IMG/VR virus record: IMGVR_UViG_3300020413_000006
Coordinates: 11,496 to 75,495 of that record
Reading direction: 5' to 3' (one strand)
From: a virus
DNA: 64,000 bases
This document shows, in pieces, positions 52,111 through 58,551 of this stretch. Under the pieces are notes generated by a model that did not search any database, was not told the DNA's origin, and saw only the letters and a program-made list of their open reading frames with translations. Position 1 is the first letter of the stretch. Each line of letters opens with the position of its first letter. The translations under genes were made by a program, and so were the position numbers.

Positions 52111-52352
52111 TTTTTGGAAAAAAAATATTTTTAATATCACGCTCGCGGATGCAAGACTTTATAGATTAGCTGCTCTGGGACTCCTTAAACGGCATACGGG
52201 GGGGCGACGCTGTTTTAAGAGTGGTGATGCAAGAGGTTCGACTTAAAAGCGATTAGTGAACGCTACCCTTGCCTTGCATCGGTGTGTGGTCTTACATAGA
52301 TTGATATCCTTTAACGCATGGACTCTCACCATGCCCAATCAATGCCACGTTA

Positions 52353-52556
52353 TCAGAATGGACAGTCTTCGGGGACTGTGTACTGTGGACTGTCCCCACT
52401 CATCCACGCTGCTCGCTGGTCGTCTTGCCACTCAAGGTGAGCAACACGCTTGAGCATCTCATCTACGTGAACACGCTCTAGCATCTGTGTGTATGTTAGG
52501 TCATGTTCTAGCATATACTCAGTATATACTATATCTCTATACAGTGCGGTGTTCAT
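52353..52556 (-). CDS. Hypothetical protein (MNTALYRDIVY...)
   Basis: ATGA coupling with the upstream ORF. Confidence 0.7.
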   Translation of the reverse strand: MNTALYRDIVYTEYMLEHDLTYTQMLERVHVDEMLKRVAHLEWQDDQRAAWMSGDSPQYTVPEDCPF

Positions 52557-52738
52557 ACGAAGAGGGGTCGCATATAGTCTTTGAACTCTTCGCACCTGTG
52601 CTTTGCCAGCACTTGCATCTCTTTCTCTGTGATGACGATATCATATCCGTCTGCTTTCATCTCATCATAGCACGCCTGTGTAACACCCTTGTCGGTTAGG
52701 TCGTACTTATGTAATTGAACGTGTTTGAAAAATGACAT
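52553..52738 (-). CDS. Hypothetical protein (61 aa)
   Basis: Start/stop coupled on both sides. Confidence 0.75.
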   Translation of the reverse strand: MSFFKHVQLHKYDLTDKGVTQACYDEMKADGYDIVITEKEMQVLAKHRCEEFKDYMRPLFV

Positions 52739-52938
52739 TATACAACCCCCACTAGAGCAGGGTTGCCATAAGAACCTTCGACAACGCGAGTGCCATTAAG
52801 TGCGTACCATACGACCTCGGCATATCCGTAGTCTTCGCTTATGCTTAAGCAAAGTTCGTCTGCAAATTGACTTGCTAGTACTGGTTCCTGTATGTTTGTA
52901 TTTGGAACTTCGATGAATCTTTCGATTAATGGGAACAT
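52738..52938 (-). CDS. Hypothetical protein (66 aa)
   Basis: First gene after the TATAAT at 52969-52974. Confidence 0.75.
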   Translation of the reverse strand: MFPLIERFIEVPNTNIQEPVLASQFADELCLSISEDYGYAEVVWYALNGTRVVEGSYGNPALVGVV

Positions 52939-52968
52939 AGATTTGAATCTCGTTTTGTTTATACTATT

Positions 52969-53029
52969 ATTATACTAGGTCATAAGTGCCTAGTGTGGAT
53001 ATATCAGGGAATTGATATATTTCGTTACA
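52969..53029 (-). promoter_or_regulatory. Early promoter, motif class 2 (TGTAACGAAATATATC -39 nt- TATAAT)
   Basis: -10 at 52969-52974 and motif at 53014-53029; the same motif and spacing recur at 53446-53506. Confidence 0.65.
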
Positions 53030-53031
53030 CT

Positions 53032-53223
53032 TCATTTTTGTGGGGTATAGTCCCACGGTGCGGGTTCGCAGACTTTCTCAACTAGAGAGTCAAATGCTGC
53101 TTCGGTGTCGTGGACTACCCACCCATTGTCTATAAAGAATTGCGTCATAGTGACTAGCACCTCTTCTTCAACTTCGGTAATTACGAGAGTGCGAAACCAC
53201 TCTGTGTCTTTTGCCTGTGTCAT
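53032..53223 (-). CDS. Hypothetical protein (63 aa)
   Basis: TAATG coupling and GGAGG Shine-Dalgarno. Confidence 0.75.
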   Translation of the reverse strand: MTQAKDTEWFRTLVITEVEEEVLVTMTQFFIDNGWVVHDTEAAFDSLVEKVCEPAPWDYTPQK

Positions 53224-53411
53224 TACTTAACCTCCATCCATTTGAACTCGGAGATGCTACCGCATTTCCAGATTGTGACAGGTTCGCCAAGCAATTCTGC
53301 CTGTCTCTCTGCGTGACGCTTTGCGTCTGCAAATAGTGATCCATCGAACACGTCTGCCCAGATCTTAACTTCGTTTCCGTAGTGTGAAGGTTGGATTGCC
53401 CAAGTAGTCAT
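53223..53411 (-). CDS. Hypothetical protein (62 aa, MTTWAIQPSHYG...)
   Basis: ATG at 53411 lies downstream of the promoter at 53446; the track start at 53507 would span that promoter. Confidence 0.7.
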   Translation of the reverse strand: MTTWAIQPSHYGNEVKIWADVFDGSLFADAKRHAERQAELLGEPVTIWKCGSISEFKWMEVK

Positions 53412-53445
53412 AATGCTTTGAGGTCTGAATGATTTGTATATACTT

Positions 53446-53506
53446 ATTATAGCGTCATCAAGGACGTTAATAAGTGATTGTTTGTAAATGGATATATTTC
53501 GTAACA
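53446..53506 (-). promoter_or_regulatory. Early promoter, motif class 2 (TGTTACGAAATATATC -39 nt- TATAAT)
   Basis: -10 at 53446-53451 and motif at 53491-53506. Confidence 0.65.
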
Positions 53507-53674
53507 TTAGTGCCTATCGCTAATGTACCAGATTCCGTATCTGTTAATCTCTTGAGGTTCAAAGTTCCTCTTACTCATAGCGTGCAATGCTGCCTTAACT
53601 GCAGGGTCATTCATTGCTGATTGATTGACTAAAACCTTTCCGTCGTAGATTGGTTGGAGTTTGTCGTTGAACAT
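53507..53674 (-). CDS. Hypothetical protein (55 aa, MFNDKLQPIYDG...)
   Basis: Not in the ORF track; follows a TATAAT and the AAACAAGG leader. Confidence 0.75.
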   Translation of the reverse strand: MFNDKLQPIYDGKVLVNQSAMNDPAVKAALHAMSKRNFEPQEINRYGIWYISDRH

Positions 53675-53709
53675 AAGTTTTAAAACCTTGTTTGTTGTCT
53701 ATACCATGT

Positions 53710-53805
53710 ATTATAGAGCATAGGCATCTATATGGAAATGCCTATTGTGCCACTAATATTACTGGCACACTGGCAGCTGGAATCGTAGGACCTATGGACT
53801 ACAAT
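53710..53805. promoter_or_regulatory. Divergent early promoter pair sharing the 24-bp palindrome TGTGCCACT-AATATT-ACTGGCACA (53746-53769)
   Basis: TATAAT (minus, 53710-53715) and TACAAT (plus, 53800-53805) are each exactly 30 nt from the palindrome, and ORFs diverge on both sides. Confidence 0.8.
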
Positions 53806-53831
53806 TAAGAGGTACTGAAGATTACTGCTTT

Positions 53832-54131
53832 ATGCAAACTCATAGCATCACCCTTGGACTTAATATCGGATCAGAGGGACAAGTCACCCGTCAAATGTGG
53901 GATGACTTCGTTTTAAAGACTGTATGCACCAAACTTGAATACGCAACTATTCAAGATTGTCAAGGCATATATCAAGGCACCGTGGAATCTAGCAAGGTTA
54001 TCTCTGTTAACACTGATTCACCCGCTATTGTAGAGACACTTCTAGAAGTGGGACAGATCTACAAAAATGCATTTCGTCAGGATGCTATAATGTATACAGC
54101 GGTAACGCTTCCAAATTTGGTATTCAAATGA
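53832..54131 (+). CDS. DUF3574-like protein, possible SAM lyase-fold early protein
   Basis: G.NI...G.V....W..F, T..D..G.Y.G..E.SK.I and YK..F.Q.AI motifs. Confidence 0.6.
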   Translation: MQTHSITLGLNIGSEGQVTRQMWDDFVLKTVCTKLEYATIQDCQGIYQGTVESSKVISVNTDSPAIVETLLEVGQIYKNAFRQDAIMYTAVTLPNLVFK

Positions 54132-54192
54132 CCCGCAAACTCACAGAGGTTTTTTACATTTTCTTTCTTACTATTCTCAGGATCTTTGACTT

Positions 54193-54462
54193 ATGAACAC
54201 ATCGTTTAACGACTTCATTAATTACTGTTTATCCTTTTACGGATCAGGTGGACTATATGACCAAGGACGCACAAAGGAACAAATCGCATACGCGACAACT
54301 TTATACCTTGATGCCATAGCACATTATGACAGCGACGTATACACATGGGGGGACGGTGACAGTCTAGACCGTGAGCGTGTAAGAGATGTCATGAATCAAA
54401 TCTACGACGGTGAACCCGCTCATGATGACTTCAAAGCAGCATTTACCTACGTAACCAGTTAA
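54193..54462 (+). CDS. Hypothetical early protein (89 aa) with SFYG..G.Y and GDSLDRE motifs
   Basis: ORF track entry in a gene-dense context. Confidence 0.75.
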   Translation: MNTSFNDFINYCLSFYGSGGLYDQGRTKEQIAYATTLYLDAIAHYDSDVYTWGDGDSLDRERVRDVMNQIYDGEPAHDDFKAAFTYVTS

Positions 54463-54530
54463 CAAACTGGCACACTCAAGCATGGATCACGTAGATCCAT
54501 GCCTTATAATAAAGTATAACCAAACAAAGG
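54451..54530 (+). promoter_or_regulatory. Early promoter: palindrome, hairpin, TATAAT and AAACAAAGG leader
   Basis: GTAACCAGTTAACAAACTGGCACA (54451-54474); inverted repeat GCATGGATC/GATCCATGC (54480-54502); TATAAT at 54505-54510 (30-nt gap). Confidence 0.8.
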
Positions 54531-54540
54531 ACATTTTAAA

Positions 54541-54798
54541 ATGATTCTCAGACAATTAGGTTCTAACCAAACAGAACTCAGTCTTAATAATGGTGATTCC
54601 ATTTTCTTTTCATATGAAACACCTGTTGCTGGATTTGCATCAGGTGTTGGACACTTCAAAACATCTACATGGTACAGTTCAACTACTAGTAGACACATCA
54701 ACAAGTATTTCAAACACATAGACAGCAACAACATCACAACAGTTGATGACGCTTTCATAGTGTCCAGATGCAATTACGATTTACAGGGGGTGGGTTAA
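54541..54798 (+). CDS. Conserved phage early protein (SYETPVA...S.TTSRHIN family)
   Basis: Motif plus position directly after a promoter and Shine-Dalgarno. Confidence 0.8.
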   Translation: MILRQLGSNQTELSLNNGDSIFFSYETPVAGFASGVGHFKTSTWYSSTTSRHINKYFKHIDSNNITTVDDAFIVSRCNYDLQGVG

Positions 54799-55310
54799 TG
54801 CCTAACCATTGCCATAATCGAGTTACTTTTTATAGTGACGATACAACAGCGATCCTAAAACTACATAACATATTTAAAAAAGGATTGCCGAATGACGACA
54901 ACACAGAGCAACGAGATTCCGTGTTCGGATCATTCATCCCCGAACCTGATTGGACTAAAGTTCCACTTGCTGAGAGTCAATTGAAAGAGTATTCATTTTC
55001 AGATCCACGTGGCGACGTTGGTGAACTGCCTGTAATGTCAGATGACAAATTTAAAGGTTTACATTTTCCGTCCACTGGTAAACAAGACGATAGATGGTAT
55101 AACTGGAGATGCCAAAACTGGGGGACTAAATGGGATTGTTATTCCTTAGAGATTGACGATTCAGAAATGCCAAACGGTTTCGAGGTCACATTTGAGACCG
55201 CATGGAGTCCACCCGAAGAAATACACTCAGCCATTTCTGAACAATTCGACGACCTGTCCATGTCATGGTTCTATGATGAACCAGGATGTGAGATTGCTGG
55301 ATATCTGTAA
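54798..55310 (+). CDS. DUF1281/YubB ferredoxin-like domain protein
   Basis: MPNHCHN start (TAATG coupled), WYNWR..NWGTKWD, FETAWSPP, YDEPG. Confidence 0.8.
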   Translation: MPNHCHNRVTFYSDDTTAILKLHNIFKKGLPNDDNTEQRDSVFGSFIPEPDWTKVPLAESQLKEYSFSDPRGDVGELPVMSDDKFKGLHFPSTGKQDDRWYNWRCQNWGTKWDCYSLEIDDSEMPNGFEVTFETAWSPPEEIHSAISEQFDDLSMSWFYDEPGCEIAGYL

Positions 55311-55313
55311 TGT

Positions 55314-55390
55314 GTAGACAGTTCACAGAGTGTCCAAAAGACCCTAGATATCGTAACTCTAGGGTCTATAATATAAAAGTAAACAACTTC
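55314..55390 (+). promoter_or_regulatory. Early promoter: palindrome, hairpin and TATAAT
   Basis: GTAGACAGTTCACAGAGTGTCCAA (55314-55337); inverted repeat AGACCCTAGA/TCTAGGGTCT (55339-55367); TATAAT at 55367-55372. Confidence 0.8.
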
Positions 55391-55400
55391 ATAGTAAACT

Positions 55401-55844
55401 ATGTCAACTCGCTCAAGAATAGGTTATGTATTATCCGATGATTCCATTGTTAGTGTTTATCACCATTGGGATGGTTATCCCGAATGGTTGGGTGTAACCC
55501 TTAACCAACAATACAACACCGACGAAAAGGTCCGCGAACTCATCGACGGTGGCAATATGTCTTCATGTTGGTCTGATTCTGATTTCGATTATGAGAAACA
55601 AGAATTCATTAAAAAGGATCCCGAACCAAATTACTATGGGGGTGATGATGAAGCACCGAAGCATTTCCAAACGTTAACAGACTTAACTGACTATGACGCG
55701 GGCGAAGAGTTTCTCTACCTGTGGTTCATGAATGAATGGAATTGCTATGCATACAAAAAGACATATGATAAAGAATATAACTGCACATCAACGACCCTTT
55801 CGCCTGTCATTATTCCAGACGCTGAGACAGCGGATGCCAGTTGA
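55401..55844 (+). CDS. Conserved phage early protein (MSTRSRIG...YHHWDGYP family)
   Basis: HWDGYP motif; follows a promoter. Confidence 0.85.
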   Translation: MSTRSRIGYVLSDDSIVSVYHHWDGYPEWLGVTLNQQYNTDEKVRELIDGGNMSSCWSDSDFDYEKQEFIKKDPEPNYYGGDDEAPKHFQTLTDLTDYDAGEEFLYLWFMNEWNCYAYKKTYDKEYNCTSTTLSPVIIPDAETADAS

Positions 55845-55918
55845 CAAACTGTCACAAGGGGGGTTTAAATACCCCTCATCATCCTTTATAATAGTATTAT
55901 ACAAACAAGGTTTTAAAA
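55833..55918 (+). promoter_or_regulatory. Early promoter: palindrome, TATAAT and leader
   Basis: GATGCCAGTTGACAAACTGTCACA (55833-55856); GGGGT/ACCCC inverted repeat; TATAAT at 55887-55892 (30-nt gap). Confidence 0.8.
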
Positions 55919-55921
55919 TCT

Positions 55922-56098
55922 ATGTCAACTCTACATCACGAATCCATTCTTGAAGATTGCTATGAACAAGCGATAACAGAATTCTGTGAAGCAAACAAAC
56001 TTACACCTGAGATGTTCAATCTTATAGCAGATCATCTAGGTGTTCAAATAGCACTCGACAAAAAAGCAAATGTTATATTCGAGGGGAGGTGTCAGTAA
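55922..56098 (+). CDS. Hypothetical protein (58 aa, MSTLHHESILEDCYEQA...)
   Basis: Not in the ORF track; follows a promoter and AAGG; TAATG-coupled to the next ORF. Confidence 0.8.
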   Translation: MSTLHHESILEDCYEQAITEFCEANKLTPEMFNLIADHLGVQIALDKKANVIFEGRCQ

Positions 56099-56268
56099 TG
56101 GACTACACACCAAACGAACTAGCACTGCTAGACCTCATCTCAAACGTCAACAACATATTTTCTTTTGTTGGTAACGATGACGAACCCCGTATATGTGACG
56201 GGGACATACGCCAACTAGACAAGGCAGTTAAATCATTTAAAACACAAGTATGGGAGAATCAACTCTAA
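56098..56268 (+). CDS. Hypothetical protein (56 aa, MDYTPNELALLDLISNV...)
   Basis: TAATG coupling at both ends and GGAGG Shine-Dalgarno. Confidence 0.75.
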   Translation: MDYTPNELALLDLISNVNNIFSFVGNDDEPRICDGDIRQLDKAVKSFKTQVWENQL

Positions 56269-56465
56269 TGCAGAAATCAAAACAGCAAATCAAACTATCC
56301 GTGCTAATGGATAAACTATGTGACCTCGGATGGGAATATACTTGTAATACTATGACTCGCTCAGGTATGCAAACCTATGATGAAATTATGCAATACCTAG
56401 GGGCATTGGATCCTAATGAGCATTGGAACGAGGATGCCTATCAAGACAAGAGGTGTGATCATTAA
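56268..56465 (+). CDS. Hypothetical protein (65 aa, MQKSKQQIKL...DLGWEY..MTRSG)
   Basis: TAATG-coupled start at 56268. Confidence 0.75.
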   Translation: MQKSKQQIKLSVLMDKLCDLGWEYTCNTMTRSGMQTYDEIMQYLGALDPNEHWNEDAYQDKRCDH

Positions 56466-56490
56466 ATAATATATCCAACGTCATAACAGC

Positions 56491-56524
56491 AACCCTCTAG
56501 CAACATGTAGTTGCAGAGGGTTTT
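56491..56524 (+). terminator. Rho-independent terminator closing the plus-strand early island
   Basis: AACCCTCT-A-GCAAC/ATGTA/GTTGC-AGAGGGTT stem followed by T residues, between convergent genes. Confidence 0.7.
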
Positions 56525-56579
56525 ATACTGGGGCAGCACCTGGTCAGTGTCCAAGAGGTACTGGCACAGGGCTATTGCT

Positions 56580-56625
56580 GTCTCTAATGTCTTATGCGTC
56601 TCATATGTCTCAACATAAGTCTTAA
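56580..56625. repeat. Five phased GTCTY(A/T) direct repeats
   Basis: Copies start at 56580, 56589, 56598, 56607 and 56619. Confidence 0.6.
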
Positions 56626-56777
56626 TCATAGAATGCCTCCATGTCCTTAGAGTATAATTTCTGTCTATTAGATAACATGTCTAATAGTCCACTTTCTTCT
56701 AATTCTTCAATTTCTGCCAGTTTCTTCTTTTTTTGTGAAAAGCTGCCACTTTTGCGAGAAGTGTAAGATTTAGCCAT
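56622..56777 (-). CDS. Hypothetical protein (51 aa, MAKSYTSRKSG...)
   Basis: Not in the ORF track; AAGG upstream; follows the KTSC-like gene. Confidence 0.65.
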   Translation of the reverse strand: MAKSYTSRKSGSFSQKKKKLAEIEELEESGLLDMLSNRQKLYSKDMEAFYD

Positions 56778-56805
56778 TTTTGATACCTTTTGTAGTAAGT
56801 GTGTA

Positions 56806-57057
56806 CTATACTGATAATTGGATCAAATCACCATTTTTGAGTGAATCATTATAAAAACGTCCAAGTGATAAACTTTCTGGGTCTTTGACAAAACCTTCAA
56901 GTTTCTCTAAAAGTATGCGGTTTGCAGGTTTCCAAGAATACTCGTAGGTTTTCTCATTTCCTGAGAAATTAATGAAAACCTTGGAACCCTGCACGTTTAT
57001 TTGATCTATAGCAGAACTCAAAGTTCCTATATCAAATGAATGTTTCTTTGCGGGCAT
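56806..57057 (-). CDS. KTSC-like domain protein (83 aa)
   Basis: SSAI..I......V.I.F......Y.Y and SLGRFYN motifs. Confidence 0.6.
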   Translation of the reverse strand: MPAKKHSFDIGTLSSAIDQINVQGSKVFINFSGNEKTYEYSWKPANRILLEKLEGFVKDPESLSLGRFYNDSLKNGDLIQLSV

Positions 57058-57079
57058 AAAATTTTGTTTTCTTACACTA

Positions 57080-57175
57080 ATTATAAGGGAAACTGAGCAC
57101 TTTTGTCAATACATGGTGGACACTAAACAAACTGTCACAGTCCTCCTTGACATCTCGTAGTCCGTTCGCTAAGAC
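57080..57175. promoter_or_regulatory. Divergent promoter pair around palindrome GTGGACACTAAACAAACTGTCACA (57116-57139)
   Basis: Minus strand: TTGACA (57104-57109)-18-TATAAT (57080-57085). Plus strand: TTGACA (57147-57152)-17-TAAGAC (57170-57175). Both -10 boxes are 30 nt from the palindrome. Confidence 0.75.
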
Positions 57176-57383
57176 CCACTGACTCCAACTAGATTGACCG
57201 CCCACTTATATTTTTTTAAACATTTCCAAAATACTATGAAAATGCCTATGAATTACCTCTGTTTCTCTTCACGTTCTCTGAGTCTGTACGGAAACATAGG
57301 AAATATGTGGGTAAATGGTATACTGTGATACCAAATAGTACTGCGGATACCTCTGTGTTTCTGCGGAAGACTCTGAACTGATT

Positions 57384-57566
57384 CTACTTAGAGTCCTTAG
57401 AGAATCCTTTGAGATTGTTAATAAAAAAATCCGCTGCGTCTGCGATGTCCTCTGAGGTCTCTGAAATTAGATCACAAAACTCATATACTTCCTTCCCTAG
57501 TTCTACATGTTTATGGGATAGATGCATAAGGCAAGATCTTCTACGTTCTAGTTGTTTATCTCCCAC
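57384..57566 (-). CDS. Hypothetical protein (60 aa)
   Basis: ORF track entry; operon-like overlap with upstream ORF. Confidence 0.6.
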   Translation of the reverse strand: MGDKQLERRRSCLMHLSHKHVELGKEVYEFCDLISETSEDIADAADFFINNLKGFSKDSK

Positions 57567-57780
57567 GACTACCTACCTTAAGGAATACTTTATTGGTTGT
57601 ACCATAGGTGCTATAGAGTTTAGCATCCTCGATTGCCTGTCGTTCGTTCTTGAAAGGACCATATCGTTGTGGTACTTCATCAAATGACCAATACGCTCCT
57701 CTTCGTTTCGTATTGACGTCTATTATGATGTCCTTGTTGTGTACGTTGAATTGTACTCTTTGATGCGACTGAGTAGTCAT
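57556..57780 (-). CDS. Hypothetical protein (74 aa)
   Basis: ATGA coupling; YW......YGPF......AI.DA motif. Confidence 0.7.
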   Translation of the reverse strand: MTTQSHQRVQFNVHNKDIIIDVNTKRRGAYWSFDEVPQRYGPFKNERQAIEDAKLYSTYGTTNKVFLKVGSRGR

Positions 57781-58001
57781 GTGCTTAAGGGGGTTAGTTG
57801 ATGGTAGTGATACTTAAAAACTAATATTTTGACTTCTCTCCATTTAGAGCGAGCACCTATTTGCTCCTCCTCTGTCTTCAGTTCCCTATGAATGCATAGT
57901 ACTATGTAGTCATTGGTGATGAAAGTGACGTCACCTTCGTGTGCCTTACCGTTAGTATGGTCTAGATAGGTGAATCGGTCTCCAACTTGTCCTTTGAACA
58001 T
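57777..58001 (-). CDS. Hypothetical SH3-like small protein (74 aa)
   Basis: VGD.......G.V.FI..DYI.LCI pattern. Confidence 0.7.
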   Translation of the reverse strand: MFKGQVGDRFTYLDHTNGKAHEGDVTFITNDYIVLCIHRELKTEEEQIGARSKWREVKILVFKYHYHQLTPLST

Positions 58002-58208
58002 TTAATTCCCAAACCCATTACCCTTATTTAAGTCAGTCCTCTGATCATACAAATCACGTAGAGCACGTTTTAGATGACGTATCTCTTCATCATTGTATAG
58101 TTCGGGTTGTTTAAGAGCATTCTTAATACCCTTGATCTGTTTGGATAATGATCCAAGCGAAACCATAGGAGTGATCATGTTATCAGGGTTGTTAGGATTG
58201 AGTTTCAT
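58002..58208 (-). CDS. Hypothetical protein (68 aa)
   Basis: AL.QP.LY..EE....K..L...KG.GFG cyanophage-type motif. Confidence 0.75.
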   Translation of the reverse strand: MKLNPNNPDNMITPMVSLGSLSKQIKGIKNALKQPELYNDEEIRHLKRALRDLYDQRTDLNKGNGFGN

Positions 58209-58266
58209 GTTGGATGCGAGAAAACAAACCTAGTGCAGTTAAGACTGGTTGTTTTCTCCTCTATTA

Positions 58267-58551
58267 TTATAACGCATCCATATCTCTTTGTCTACCCCCT
58301 TGTGACGGTTTACTCTCTGTCTTCTTATTAATCTCTGTGTGCCACGGATGCTCGTATGTTTGATCTATCTTGGATACAGTCAGACTTGCTCCCTTGAAAC
58401 TATTCATCTTCTTGATATTACCGAATGATAGTTCGATATCTTTGTCTGTCCATCCGAGATCAGATACTAGCTCCTTACGTATGAATATGTGTAATTCTCC
58501 TTCCACGTACTTAAAGTCAAAGTACTTCTGTATGTCTGGATTTAGTCCCAT
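58267..58551 (-). CDS. Hypothetical protein (94 aa), AbrB-like 'L..DLGW...D' motif
   Basis: ORF preceded by TATAAATA at 58580-58587. Confidence 0.65.
   Translation of the reverse strand: MGLNPDIQKYFDFKYVEGELHIFIRKELVSDLGWTDKDIELSFGNIKKMNSFKGASLTVSKIDQTYEHPWHTEINKKTESKPSQGGRQRDMDAL

Noticed and set aside
52230-52245. GGTTCGACT resembling a tRNA T-loop
   Set aside because: No cloverleaf, matching T-stem or acceptor stem/CCA could be built around it
52371-52397. GGGGAC...GTCCCC inverted repeat containing ACTGTCC
   Set aside because: It lies inside a coding region, with no -10 box at the 30-nt position and no U-tract
57248-57386. Possible TAG read-through (frame stays open ~45 codons after the 57384 stop) or amber recoding
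   Set aside because: Other genes end cleanly at TAG (e.g. 50485, 51415, 62557), no suppressor tRNA is visible, and an open stretch of this length can occur by chance
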